Source: Octopus bimaculoides (Eukaryota). Taken from it: a stretch of 64,000 nt of DNA. Made by a program: the position numbers and the translations under genes. The notes below the pieces were generated by a model. The model saw only the letters and a list, made by a program, of their open reading frames with translations, did no database searches and was not told where the DNA came from. The DNA is taken from the NCBI RefSeq assembly GCF_001194135.2, contig NC_069000.1:28287369-28351368 (forward strand). The letters run 5' to 3'. Positions 24,961 to 38,049 of this stretch are shown piece after piece. Every line of letters begins with the position of its first letter. Position 1 is the stretch's first letter.

Positions 24961-26329
24961 ATAATTCAAGAGGCAAACTCAACCATTTGATAAATGGAAA
25001 TTGATAAAATGAGTACCCTACTAAGTACTGACGTCAATATAATCTACTAAAACCCTTGAAGGTGATGCCCTAGCATGTGCAAAGTCAATTGATGGAAATT
25101 TAAAGAATAAGAGAATTAGTTGCCTAGATTTTGCAAAAAATGTCTTAAATGTGTCACTGAAAGTACCTGAACTGTTGTAACAAAACTGTGCTGTTGAGTA
25201 TATTGTTGGTTTGCTATGCTGAGTTCACTTTTACCAATAAACCTCAAAAGTTTACTTTATTTTGATTCTGGTTTTAACACATCTCTGTTATAAAACAAGC
25301 TCTCATCAGTCATTTTTTCCCCTTAATCCTAGGTTTCTAAATGGCTATCCAGATTATGGCACATAAAGGCACCATGCAATAGTACAATTTTATGCAGTTA
25401 ATTCATCAGAAATATAGCTTTGTTGTTGTTTAACTCTCAATGAACAGGCCTTTCATTAAACACATTTCGACTATCATAGCCCCCATAGTTCATTCAGACA
25501 TAGTATATTTAGGACTACCCTATCCAACATGGCTTTTTTTTTTAAGGTTTAGGATTGATTTAAAGGAGATTTAACTACTGTTTCTAGCAGGTCAAGTAAT
25601 TGCCTAAGTGCTCCCTTGTGACTTAAAAAAGAGGTCATTTATTGTGTTTTGGATTGCCTGTTCCTCCTCTAGAGAAGATAAACCTATACTTGTCATATAC
25701 TTGAGATGATGCAATTGAAAATACTTCTCCACTTATCTACAAAGTTGTCACATGAATTATGGATAAAATTCATGTTATACAAACGTTGTACATTGTCTCA
25801 ATCCATCTAGTTAAATGCATTTGGGAAAGCTAGCTGTGGTAGTCTGGTGTCCAAGCTCTCTTTAGCTTTACATTGTAAAACAAATGCCAATCTTTATTTT
25901 AATAATGTATTTCTGTGAAATCTATCTATGATATTCTCTCTTTTCTTTTTATGGTTCTACAGTTGTACTCTGTATTATCTCCATCATTAAAATAGTTATC
26001 ATAGCTGTTGACAAAAATGGTAAAATTAAGATATGTTTTATCTTACTGCAACAATTTTCTTAATTCAAATATTGTGAGAAATCAATTTGCCTTTGATTTC
26101 TCTTTCTGTTTTTCTTTTACACCCCCTCTCTCCAAAAGGCATAAAAATGTTGTAGAAAACTATAGTGGAGTCAATGTTGCCATTCATCCCCATGGGATTA
26201 ATAAGTGCCAGTCATGGCACTTGGATCAATTAAGAAATCATCTGTACTTGCCTACAGAACTTTTGGTTTTGAATTTAAAATTGTGGATAGCAGAATTGGC
26301 ATACCAGGCATAGTTAGTTAGTTCTCTTT

Positions 26330-27090
26330 GTGCCATGAGCACATAAGGCCACAACATGAGTTCTCCAACCACCTCTGTTTTCTACAATTGTTCTTGTGTC
26401 ATTCCAGCTTCTCCACCCTTTATCTCTTTTCCATGTCAATGGTCCTTCACCATGTGGTTTTAGGACACCCTGCTGCTCTTTATCTCCCAGGCTGCCACTT
26501 TGGTGCTACCATACAACTGCCTTCTTGATCTTGTCTGAGGACCTACCTCATCCAGTTCCAGCAACTTAATCTTATTTCATCACTGATCCTGTTGATGCCC
26601 ATTTTCATCTCAATTGTGTAATTTCAGACTCTTTGCAACCACTTGATGTTGTGTAATCTCCTTAAGCATGTGAATTGGAAGCTGTCCATTGTTTTTTCTT
26701 CCATTTTTGTCACTTTCCAGTTTTCATATCCGTAGAGTAATACTGGCCAGACCAATGTCTTGAATAGCATCAGCTTCATTTTACTGCCTGTACCTTTGCT
26801 TCTCCATACCTTTGTTAGATTGTAGAATGCTCTCCTGTTCTTTATATCTGCCATTCATCTTCCATCTTTCTTGACTGTTACCCCAAAGTAAACAAATTCT
26901 TCAACAACTTCCATGTCGTCATTGCTGATTCTCACACAAGTTTGTTGTTTGGTATTATTCCTTGTGTTTTACATTTTTCTGAGTTAAGTTTAGAGCCAAT
27001 TCTGTCATAATTTTCTTCCAGTCTGTGTGTCTTGCTCTGAATGTGTTCGTAGATGGATGATAGCAATGCTACATCATTCACAGAATCAAG
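26330..27090 (-). mobile_element. RTE LINE 3' RT fragment, a second subfamily
   Basis: DIKNRRAFYNLTKVWRSK..KLMLFKTLVWPVLLYGYENWKVTK..FQFTCLRR; VEEFVYFG upstream. Confidence 0.8.
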
Positions 27091-27489
27091 ATCAGACATA
27101 AGTATACCCCAAAATACTTTCTGATTAATTTTGAAAATTTACCCATTTCTTGAAATATTTTGAGAAGGTATAGCTTTGAATTTTTCACCAAAAAGTTAGT
27201 GGGGTGAAATTATAGATTGGAAGAGCTGTTTTCATTCTGCCTTCTCACTGTAATAACAAAGCACTACCATCACTGTCAGTGTTGGTTTAAACAACAACAA
27301 TAAAAATGAAACAACAAAAATGAGAATGAAGGAACAAGACAAAAAAATCAAATGGAAAGAAAACAAAGAAAAATAAACATTAAAAGTATAAAAGATTAAA
27401 CTATTGAGGAAAAAAGAAAACAATTATATCAACAAGGAAACAAAGAAAAAGAAAAAGAAAAAAAGGAGAACTAAGTAGCAAAAGGTGGG

Positions 27490-29160
27490 TTTGTAGGAAC
27501 TAACAGGTTGTTACACCAGATCGAATGGTGTGTTCAACTGTGCCTTCTGGACATAATTGCAAAGATGTTTCTGTAGAGAATAGCCAGCGACACTTGCTGC
27601 AATAGTCACCCCATCTTGTGGGGCTCATTTCTCAGGCAGGCTATTGTTAGCTTGATTTTGTGAAAGTAATCAGCAGTGTAGTCTGAGAACACTTGAGGTC
27701 TTGATTGCACAGAGAGAAAGTAGCAAGTCAAGCTTCTGTATCTGTTTAACTTCTTCTTCTCTGCATTATGGGTGGTGATACTTGGGTTTGTGGCCAATAC
27801 AGCAAAGTTGGAGAAGGAGAATGTGTTGCTGCTTGTCACATACCAAATTAGAGATTCCCCCACCCCCGTATGGGAATAAGGTTATTCTGTTGGAGTGCTT
27901 ACCATTCCTTTGTTCAAGACTTACAGGCTCCAGTTGTGGTGGAAACTCTGCTGCATCAAGGCCCCTTTTAATGATATAGTTCAGAGCAACATGTCACGGA
28001 AACCAGCCTATACTTTGGCTGCAGGATAATGGATGCAGGCCAAATTTATTGAGTATGGCTCCACAACAGTATTTGTGCAGCTTGCACATGTGGAGACTGA
28101 GGTGCAGGGCCACTCCAATACAAGTGCACTCATCATCAAGAAATGAACCAGTTCATGAGGAGGGCACTGAACTGAGCCACATGTCACTGTTTGGCTGTGA
28201 AGCAGAATGGAGACAGGCAAGGCAGTGCAGGTCTAAGTGTGTCTCAATCTGCGTGAAGGTAGATTTGCCTTTGATGTCATGCCAGTTCTGTTGGATATCT
28301 ATATTCTGGGGGACAGCAAAACCTTCAGGGGTCCTATCAGCCAGAACTGGCTCCAGTTTCCAGGCCATGTTAGGTTTATTCATTCCACAAAGTACCTCAC
28401 CATTAAGGGTGCTGCTGGATGAGATTGAAGAAAAATAGGTCAGCAGAGCCAGGTCCAAAGCAGAATGGAGGCCATTCTGTTACCAGTCAGCATTGTCAAA
28501 ACTATCTGTTCAGCACAGCACCAAATGGTGGCATCGATTTCACTGAGTCGATTTGTGAGAGGGTGACATATACACTGCATAGTGAGAAAAGGAGCTTAGG
28601 CAGGTCAGAGCAATTCCTCAAGAGGGAGAGTGTCATGTGTGTGTCAATGAAGCACAATCTCTCTATCATCCTAAATAGGTTTGCAAGCTTGATCTCCAGG
28701 TACCCTCTTATGGCTTTTGAGAGGATTAAGGAGCCAGGAATGCAGGAGGTGTCTCTTGGCATCAGCTGAGCTCCCATCAAGACTGGCTGGATGCTGAGTA
28801 CAGCATCTTGGAATTCAGCCTCACCATAGTTCACATTTATCACCTCTGACTTGGACAGGTTGATCTCAAGCCCAAGGAACTTTAGAACCTGGATGACCTG
28901 TTGAAGATCTCTAACTACAGACCCAGCGGAGCCACCCAGGATTGAGTCATCCAGGTATCTGATATTGAAAGGTGAGTGGACTGATCAGGCAACATCAGCA
29001 ACAGCCAAGGCAAAAAGGAGCTGACCAAGAGGATCCCCCTGACAGACACCTCTGTAAGAAGCAATCTTGTTGTCAGTAGCCATGAGTGTGCTGGGTATTT
29101 CATAAGATAGGTATGTAAGTATGTGAAATGAGAGAGCATGTCTTAGATACATCTCCAAGA
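27490..29160 (-). mobile_element. Decayed CRE-clade (RLE-type) non-LTR retrotransposon, 5'-truncated
   Basis: Minus frames give a GVxQGDPLG-like motif (GGGATCCTCTTGGTCAGCTCCTTTT), WxLDD-like TWMTQSWVA, LLRNCSDLPKLLFSL, WKLEPV, a Cys/His finger region, and the RLE region GESLIWYVT..NAEKKKLNRY. Confidence 0.7.
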
Positions 29161-29349
29161 TGTAGTCCAGTTTAAATTATTTTTTATGTTTAGCTTCAGC
29201 AGGAGGCAAGGTGATGAGGGAGGCATATGCTATGCAGTGTCTCGCTACATGGGCAGCAGTCTCTCATCCACACATTACTCCCACTTCCAGTTAGAGAGAG
29301 CTTAGAGCTTGGCTGCTTGTCAAAAGACATTGCCCATTACTTTCAGATG

Positions 29350-30304
29350 GATACTTTCATCCTTATTATTCAGCACAGTCAGGTTGACTGAGAAGAGAAG
29401 ATGAATTCAGTGTACAAGTAGGAGTCCACCATGGATCAGTCCTTGGCACCCTCTTGTTCATCATAGTCCTCCAAGCAATGACAGTGGAATTTAAGTTGGG
29501 CTACCTTGGGAGTTCCTTTATGCTGATGATCTTCTCCTTGTTGTTGAATCACTACCAGAACTACAGAAGAAATTTCAGGAGTGGAAGCAAAGTCTGGAAT
29601 CAAAGGGTCTTAGAGATAATTTTACAAAAATCAAAGTCTTAGTTTGTAGGAAAGCTGACAAATCACAAATCCCTTCAGGTAGATAGCCCTGCTTGATATG
29701 TAGAAAAGGCATAGGTGGAAACTCCACAAGGTATACCCAGTGTGAGCTGGGTATACCCAGAGGTGCAGCAATATTAGAAAAAGGTTAACAGGGAAATAGT
29801 ATTTGTGTGTGGTAGATGCACAGGTACAGTAAACACTAGAAATATACTGTAAATAGACTTTATCAAATGCCAGTGGGGATACTTAGAAGTAGTTAATAGC
29901 TTTTGTTACCTAGGTGACCAAGTCAGCAGTGGAGGGGGATGCTCTGAGACAGTAGATGCTAGAAGAAGAATGGGCTGGGCAAAGTTCAGAGAGCTTCTGC
30001 CTTTGTTTGCAACAGAGGGCCTCTCCTTGAGAGTGAAAGGCAGATTGTATGATGCCTGTGTGTGAACAGTCATGCTACACAGCAGTGAAACATGGGCTGT
30101 GATAGCAGAGGACATGCGAAGGGTTGAAAAAAATGAATCTAGTATGCTTCGCTGGATGTGCAATGTCAGTGTGCATGTACGGCAGAGTGTAAGCATCATA
30201 GAGACCAAGCCAAATTCAAAGTGGAACCTAGTGTGGCTCTCCGGCTTACCAGTTTCAGTCAAACTGTCAAACTCATGGAAAGCGGATGCTAAATAATGAT
30301 GATG

Positions 30305-30305
<1 letters not shown>
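29350..30305 (+). mobile_element. RTE LINE 3' fragment
   Basis: VGVHHGSVLAPLLFIIVLQA, YADDL, CRKGIGGNS, VVNSFCYLGDQ, MLHSSETWAV; (GAT) tail. Confidence 0.85.
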
Positions 30306-30354
<49 letters not shown>

Positions 30355-30384
30355 CTGGAAGAGACTTAGGCATACCAAGAACCA

Positions 30385-30429
<45 letters not shown>

Positions 30430-30900
30430 AGTGAGAATTTACAAAAAAAACAAAAGACGAAGACAGGTTAGTAAACAATAAACCGATGTATTAGTTTAAC
30501 GCTCGGGAAGTGAGAAAGTCTTTTATGTTTCGAGCCTACTCTCTTCGATAGTAAAGAACACAGAAATAAACAGGGAGAGAAAATAGAAAAAGGTATAGTG
30601 GCTAGCGATCTGTCATGGTGAATGCAGGACAGAGGGGTTACACAGGAGAGCTAGGAAGAAGGGAGATAATAAAGTAGTGGTGATCCCAAAACAAAGGTGT
30701 GCATGCGTGTGTATGTGAGAACGTGTATGCGCGTGTGGAAGGGGGCTGGTGACATTGACGTGTGCATGTGTAGGTGTTTGGATGATGGTGTAGGTGCTGG
30801 GAAGTGGGCAGTGTGGTGGTGTGGTGTTGGGGTGTGGGGGAAGCAAGGGTGGGGTCTAAGGGATGGGGTGGATAGCCAGAACAAGATGCATCTTTAAGTT
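30430..30900 (-). mobile_element. Penelope-like pseudo-LTR fragment with a variant hammerhead-like core
   Basis: Minus strand CTATCGAA-GAGAGTAGGCTC-GAAACAT at about 30551-30525; the rest is low-complexity LTR-like sequence. Confidence 0.35.
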
Positions 30901-31065
30901 CAAAATTTCCATTTCAGCTATAGCACCCTCTCTATACACAGCACAAATGTCATGAGCAGCTTTTGTGGCCTTAGAACCTTGATTAAAAGCAAAAAGGAGG
31001 TGTAAAAAATGCTTGTTTTTCTTAACTTGACATTCCATTTTAATGATCTGAAAATAAACAAAAAT
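30890..31065 (-). mobile_element. Mariner transposase 5' fragment
   Basis: MECQVKKNKHFLHLLFAFNQGSKATKAAHDICAVYREGAIAE resembles the mariner N-terminal HTH (A..A...IC.VYGE). Confidence 0.7.
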
Positions 31066-31647
31066 TAACTAAAATTAACTAGAAAAAAAAAAAAAAAAGA
31101 TTCCAAAATGATTCAAAAATAGAATTCTAAAAAAAAGTAGATTCCAAAATTTAAAAATGCTATAAATTCCAAAATTTAAAAAAAACGTCTGGAACTTAGT
31201 TGCCAACCCAATATTAATGCCTAGCTCTGGTACCTTGCTCCAGTTCACAACTGGCTGGACTAAAATCCCTGCTCTTCTGCTTCCTGTGGAAGGGACATAT
31301 GCCATTGGTCAAATGCTCCATTTGGGTGGAGGCTTAGGCATGTTGTGACTGATGATGTGCAGATGTATGCTGAGATTGCAAAATCTTCAGGAATTCCTTG
31401 ATGGTGGGTAGGCGGTCATCATTTGTCAGATGGATATTTCCACAGCTTGTCTGTTTAACAGAGCTACAGTCCTGAGTCAAACAAAGACCAAGACAGGGTG
31501 TATGGCATCTGGAACAGTGTCAAGTGCTCACAATCCTCTATAGGGCTTTCCTATAAGTAGGTTATCTCCCTTGGCTAGGCGGTACTGCATGTAGACAATT
31601 AAACTTCCGCAGACATCCACGCTATTGTTATTGTTTTACGTCTTATC

Positions 31648-31935
31648 ATGGATATAAAGCAGCTCGATGATTCAGCTATCGAAGTACTTACTGTGCCTGA
31701 GTTAAAGAAATATTTAAGATTATATGGACAGTATGTTACTGGAAGAAAGGCGGACTTGACTGAAAGGTTGAAAGATATAAAAATTCTGTCGATGAAGAAT
31801 GTCAACAAAGTAAATTCATCGGACGATAAGTCCGAAGTATCGGACGATACTTCAGACAGGAATAAGCAGAAGCTTATATCTCCTCTCGGTGAAGTATTGC
31901 CTGATCCTAATCTGCTTTCAGCAACCATTCACTGA
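31648..31935 (+). pseudogene. Truncated SAP-domain ORF, probably transposon-derived
   Basis: LTVPELKKYLRLYGQYVTGRKADLTERL fits the SAP consensus (L.V.ELK..L...GL...G.K..L..RL). The ORF breaks off after GEVLPDPNLL. Confidence 0.65.
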
Positions 31936-32019
31936 TTTGGCCATGAGCATGATGAGGTGTAGAAGAGGTAGGGACAGTCACACTATAAAGTCTAATAATT
32001 AGAGGAATATTAGATTCAA

Positions 32020-33480
32020 TGCTGTTTTGGCTACATAGAATTGTGTAGTCCTTTGTTGCCTAATACTTCTTCATGTCCTTTTTGTACCTCTTCCTTTGTT
32101 TTTCCCTTCTTCTATGCTTTCAATATTCTCTCATTCCTAACTGACACTTGCAAGGTTTCCTTACTTTGGGAGAGGTATCTCATTAAGCTCCTGAATTTGA
32201 TACATACACAGTCTTCCACACTTATCAGTCCCCTTCCTCCATTTTCTTTCTTCATGTATAGGCAATCAGTGTCTCCACGCAGATGATGGGCTCCATGCAT
32301 CATTAGGAGCTTTCTTGTCTTCCTGTCCAACTCTTTTAGCTCCTCCTCTGTTCACTTCAGGATTCCAGCACCATACTGAATTACTGAAACTGTATGAGTT
32401 TATTGCTGAAATTATGTTTCTGGCATTCAGCTTTGAAGCCAATATTTTTCTCACTTGCTGTAGGTGTACTCTTTCTTTATCTTTTCTTTTATATCATTTC
32501 CATTTGCCTCGAATATTCCCAGGTATTTACAACCAGATTCAGGTTCAGTTGCCTTCATCATTTCACCACATGGCATACATATGCCTTCTGTCCTGACAAG
32601 CTCTCTTCATCTCATCACCATCATAACACATTTTGAGAGTTTAAATTCCATCTTGATATCATTTGAGAAAATCTGCACAGATTAGACTGGATTGTCCAGT
32701 TCTGTCTCACTTTTTGCGAACAACTTCAAGTCGTCCATGAATAACAAGTGGTTCAAGTTTTCCCTTACTGCTTCCCAATCACATCCCAACTTTGTCTTCT
32801 GTTGTATTTCACTCAAGGGGATCATTCCCAGCACAAAGACCAGTAGGGGATACACTGTCCTCTGGAAGATTCCTCTCTTGATTTTCACCTCTCCTAATAT
32901 CTGATTCCCTGCTGTCAATTCAGTTCTCCAACATTTCATACTGTTCCATATAAAGCTTCTCATGTTTTCTGCTACTCCATAAATTTCCATGCTTTATGAT
33001 AGTCAATCCATGCCATGCCCAGGTTTGTGTGTCTTCTCTTGCAGTTTCTGATAATTAGATCATCAATTAACAGCTAATCTTTCATTCCATGGTTCCTCTC
33101 AGCACCCTTTATGTTCAGTGGGTAGCAGCCTACTTCTTTTTAAGAATTTATACAATTCACTGGCCAAAGCACCTGACAATAGTTTCCATATTAGCAGAAG
33201 GCTTGTTATTGGTTGAAAGTTGGATGCAATATTACCCTTTTCAGGATCCTTGGCACATAATAATATCTTTCTCTTTGTCATCCAGCTGGGTTCTGTGCCC
33301 TCCTGCAAGGACTCATCTAGTTGTTGTACTATCCTTTCATAGAGCCCTCCCATCTTCTTCATCCTGTAACCTTGGACCCCATCCAATCCTGGGCTCTTCC
33401 AATTTGGGAGTTTCCTTAACTGCTTTTTTTAAAATCTTTTCGGTAGTAATTTTTGTCTTGGCCTTCTATATTTCTTAACT
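32020..33480 (-). mobile_element. R4/Dong-clade non-LTR RT fragment
   Basis: SNFQPITSLLLIWKLLS, EVKIKRGIFQ, NLNHLLFMDDLKLFAKSE, DRKTRKLLMMHGAHH..LYMKKENGGRGLISVE. Confidence 0.85.
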
Positions 33481-34452
33481 GTTCAATCTGCTATCTCCCC
33501 CACAAGAAATTTGCTGTCATGTGCCTATGTTAGAAATCCTTATTTAGGGAAGATTGACAGAATTATTAGAACATTAGACAAAATGCTTTGTGGAATTTGT
33601 TCTGGCTCTTGAGAACAAATCCTGAGGAAGTCAGCTTTGCTGTTCTTCTTCATACGGTCAATAAATTGTAGCGCCAGTCATATGCTTTCTTCACAATCCT
33701 AGTATCAAACAGACATGGATCAGTCAGTATGCATATTCAATCATCATCATCATAATCAATAACATCATCATTATTATTATGAGGAGGGCAGGAGTAGATT
33801 GGCAGAGTCACTAATGATTTGAAATACCCCTTGGAATATATGTAGTTACAGTTCTTTATGTTTGAAGAAATGTGCTGTGTGCTTTCACATGGCACTGCAT
33901 GGATCAGTCTTAACACTTCTGCTGTGGGGTATGGGTCTTCATCAGTATGGCCAGGCACCAAGTATCTCGTCCTTTGTCATCTCACCTGAAAAGTTCAGCT
34001 TCCTGATGTTGTTCTTCAGTAATTCATCCCATATCTTCCTCATGTTGCATCCACTTTGAGTGATGGGCACTTCTTTATGGAGGTGTCAGCTTTATGTTGC
34101 AATTAGTTTTGAAAAATAATTGAAAATTTAGGACAGATGTAATAAAATAGCATTTTTATTATCAAAATAGTGTTTGAAACATAACAAAAGGTTCTCACAT
34201 AAAACAATATAATGGGCCATTTAACACTTTGAATCGAGAGATTTTGAATGGTGGCGTGAGAATCATTCTCAAAATTCAAATTAGAAAGGTTAAGTATTTT
34301 CCTTGTACTTGTTATTGTATTGTACTTGAGTTACTTTTGTAAAAAGCAATTTAATATTCTCTAGCTTTCAGGAGAAGCTGCTTTTAGAAGAGTTTCATTC
34401 CTGAAGATATTAAGAATCTATCATCACCTCCACCACCACTACTGTTATCATC

Positions 34453-34534
34453 ATGAGTTATGAAAGCGCAGATGGTCATGACAAAGATTTCCCTGGGCTA
34501 TACCGGCCTTCCACAGGAATTGATTCTGCCTCAA
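34453..34534 (+). CDS. RALBP1: RalA-binding protein 1 (RLIP76), first coding exon
   Basis: MSYESADGHDKDFPGLYRPSTGIDSAS; FPGLY matches the conserved RalBP1 N-terminus (human KFPGLYR). In-frame TAA upstream at 34411; acceptor AG at 34363-64 or 34370-71; donor GTAAAT at 34535, phase 1. Confidence 0.8.
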
Positions 34535-34721
34535 GTAAATAATCTTTTTGTTTTGATCACTTTATAATAGTTCCTTTTTTTTTATCTTTAGAGAATACGT
34601 GTGTATAGGTATGTATTTATATATGTATGTGTATATGCATGTGTGCATGCACATACATGCCATATGTGTATGTGCATACTCATGTATGTACATACATATA
34701 TATACATATAAATATGTATGC

Positions 34722-34758
<37 letters not shown>

Positions 34759-36131
34759 TATATATATATACACATATATTTAACTAAATTTTTCTTAAAC
34801 CATATCTTACCATCTTAACAGAGAATACAATTTATTCACTTAAAAGAAAGACAATCTGGTCAGTCAGAATGCCTTTAACAAAAGCACTGCTCAATCAGAA
34901 CTGACTTGAAGGTTCAACAACAAAACACTGTAAGCTAATGTTAATTCATTTAATGAATGGAATTAATTGACAGTTAAAAATAATCATGCTGTAATAAAAC
35001 AAAATATAAAACTTGTACAGGAAGCAATTCTAGATAAATATCAACATTATTTTGACTCTCCCAGTGAAGTATAGCTGACACTATATTTTCTGAAATAGTG
35101 ATGAAAGTATCACTAAGTAAATGTACAAGATTGTACATTGGCTGAGATAACATAATTGAGGCGTTTAGTAACAGACTGTCATAAGCACCACAACTTAAAA
35201 ACTGAGAAAAATGCAATCAAAGTTTTGCAACTTTCAGAATGCAATATGTTGGCAAGGAATGAAGTTAGGAAGCTGGTTTTGGTCTTAAAATAACTGTGAA
35301 GACCTCCTCTAATCATTCCACCTATGTAAAATTATTTATGTATGTATGCATCTGAAAGATGAAACAAATACTGCATCTTTCTCATTTTGTAGTATATACT
35401 GGTACTATGAAATGGTGTATTGCATTGCATATTTTAGCCATAATACCTAGAAAAAACCTACCGAACCCCGCTAAAGATATTGTTTGTGTTTTAAGTATCT
35501 TTCAGAGGTAAGACAAATAGTAGGATAATAGCCCATTATTGTTATGATGGTAACTAAGAATGTTAGAAAATGAGCCATAACACCTTGGAAAACGATACAG
35601 AGACCACACCTGTGTGCTTATGATGGTGTGTTACTAAACTCTCTGGTCTGAGTTTGGGTGAGTGAGCATTGTGTCAGTAGCATTGAGGTACAGTTTTTTT
35701 CAGCCAGATTGGTTCTTCCTCCCAATTTTTCAGATTCTAGATGTTGAGACAAAGAAAATGATAAACTAATCTCCAAAATGGCTGGGTTGGCGCTTACGAC
35801 ACTGCTACTAAATGCTTCAATTGTTTTAGAGATTTAATAATTCAGATATGTTGTCCATATAAGTTAGCATTTACCAATCTAATGCAAGAAAGGTTAAAAA
35901 GTTAACTAGAAATATGCTGTGAACAAAAAACAATATTAGTCAATGACTCGACATGTTTTACCTTATTCTGACTGACCATCTCATCTGATAAAGTGGTTTA
36001 TGACAAAGTGTAACATGAAAAAACAATACTATGTTTATCTCTATTGTTTTCACTTAAAGGTGAAACATTTTTGTTTGTAATATTTTTGTATATACTAATA
36101 TAGCTTAAACTGATTTATTTGTTGCCTATAG

Positions 36132-36282
36132 TTGGTGAAGATGACAACGAGCGACAAAGCAAGAAGAAAGACACAGATAAAAAGAAGAAAGAAAGCCGTA
36201 AGGAAAAGAAAGACAAAGGTTATATGATGTTTGAAGAAGAAGATTCTGAAGAAGAGCAGCTAGTCAATATGGAAGACATCAA
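36132..36282 (+). CDS. RALBP1: RalBP1 coding exon 2
   Basis: (I)GEDDNERQSKKKDTDKKKKESRKEKKDKGYMMFEEEDSEEEQLVNMEDIK, compared with human KKKEKRTEGYAAFQEDSSGDE. CTATAG acceptor, GTAAGT donor, phases 1 and 2 are consistent with both neighbours. Confidence 0.85.
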
Positions 36283-36473
36283 GTAAGTGAACTTAGACAA
36301 TTTAGCCTGGTTTTGATTTCTCTAAGGAGTGGTAATGTCAGCTAGCATAAATAATTGGCTCCAGAATAAGCTCCTTACAATATTCAGTGTTGTCCTTCTG
36401 CTTGTTTGTTTTTTTATTATTTTAAAATTTTATATCACAATTTGTGAACAATAATGGGCAGAATCTTGGTTTA

Positions 36474-36925
36474 AGCACCCCTCATAACTTTTTTCTATTT
36501 TTTTTTTTTGAATTTTAAGAAAAGTTTTGTAAATTTGTATTCTACACATGGGAATTCATACAATTATGTAAAAAAAAAAAATTTTTTTAAGGGGGTGATT
36601 TAACACATCCCTTGACCACCTGGTACCTTCCTTGTTTCTTTGTCACTCTGATATGTATTAATGTTTTACATTATTTTTTACTCATAAACATGTTTAATGG
36701 AATGATGTGCTCAAAGGAGGTCCATTGTTGGGATTTACACACAAAAAACTTTTTGTAATTTAAATGTTAACTTTCCCCTAAATTGGGGGTGAGGGTGGAG
36801 GTAGAGATTAAAGAATTAAAAAAAAATTTGCATAATCACATGAATTCCCATGTGTAGAACACAAATTCACAAAAATTTTCTGAAAATTCTATATAATATA
36901 GTTATGAGGGGTTATGTGGGGTGCT
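36474..36925. mobile_element. MITE with about 120-bp inverted termini at a TTAA-like site
   Basis: TTTA|AGCACCCC...GGGGTGCT|TTAA; 36474-36590 mirrors 36815-36925 (GAATTCCCATGTGTAGAA / TTCTACACATGGGAATTC). A TTAA target suggests piggyBac or Kolobok mobilisation. Confidence 0.7.
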
Positions 36926-36929
36926 TTAA

Positions 36930-37850
36930 TCAGAATTCCACCCAATAATGTAAATAGTTTCAGGGTCCCTATTAGTAGTTCCTGGCCCACTGCATTTATA
37001 ATGGTGTGAGTGACAAGGATGCATTCTATGACACATGGGGAAATGAATTCCACATAGTATTTTTTTGTTGGGAAGCATCAGTTTATCAATTTTCTCACCA
37101 TGCTTACATTTTTTGAGGATGGACACTGAGAAAAAGAGAGAGAGAGAAGGAAGGAGGATGAGTCAGGTAACTGAAAGAAAATATATAAAGAAAAACAAAG
37201 ACACAAAGCAGAAAAATCAGCATACTCCCATTAAAAAATTGTCCACATGTTCAACTAGATGCACCAAAGAAACAGACCATTCAACAAAGCAGCTTTCAGT
37301 TCCAATGGGATCAAGGGAAGTGATTGTGTTCCAGGATCTTGTGGATTTCATTGATGCTGCGTACATGTTTTTGATGGCAACCCCCAAGGAGTTCTTGGCA
37401 TTGTGTGGCTCCCCTCCACTTTAAAATCCCAGATGCAACAGTTAGGGAGGGTCTAATCAGGAGAGCTAGGGCACCATATGTTGGATGTCACATTATTGCA
37501 TAGTTCTTCTGGGTCTTGTTGGACATGACAGCCCTCTCCTCATCACATAGGATTTTTACCTAATGTCTTTGTGCACCAGACATCTAAAAGCTGACATCTT
37601 ACCATGAGCAGCCCATCAATGTCTCTCATTGATTCAATGGGATTGTCATTCACGATATCCTGGAACTGCAGAGAATGTTTCTTTCTTTTGCTCATAGTTG
37701 ACAGATCCTTACCAAAGCCCTTCAGTTTTTCCTCAATCTTTAGCACCAAGAACCTAATCATCTTTAAGAAGCCAGCAATCTCTGAATTATATCTTCTCAT
37801 TTCCTTATCACACTGAAATCTGCCATGTCGATGCTGTTGTTATGACTGAA
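36930..37850 (-). mobile_element. Heavily decayed R4-like RLE C-terminal pieces
   Basis: IDMA.. and GEKIDK-like segments; TATGGTGCCCTAG is shared with the 3' end of the R4 element near 43470. Confidence 0.4.
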
Positions 37851-38049
37851 AGAGAAATGAGTAAGTTAAAATTTGGTATAAGCTGCATGACATTACATAA
37901 AGTCATCTTCCATTTATAGCCCACTAAAGCTGTGTTCACAAATACACAGTGCACTTTGTGTTTTGTGTGTGTGTGTGTGAGTGAAGGTGTGTGGTGTAGG
38001 TGTATTCTTGGCAGAGAAATAGGTTGATAAAGTGTCTGAGGTGGTCAGT

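Noticed and set aside
37065-37424. Lys-rich 119-aa ORF between RalBP1 exons 2 and 3
   Set aside because: Exons 2 and 3 already join in phase and match the human sequence contiguously; this ORF is purine-rich low complexity plus retroelement debris.
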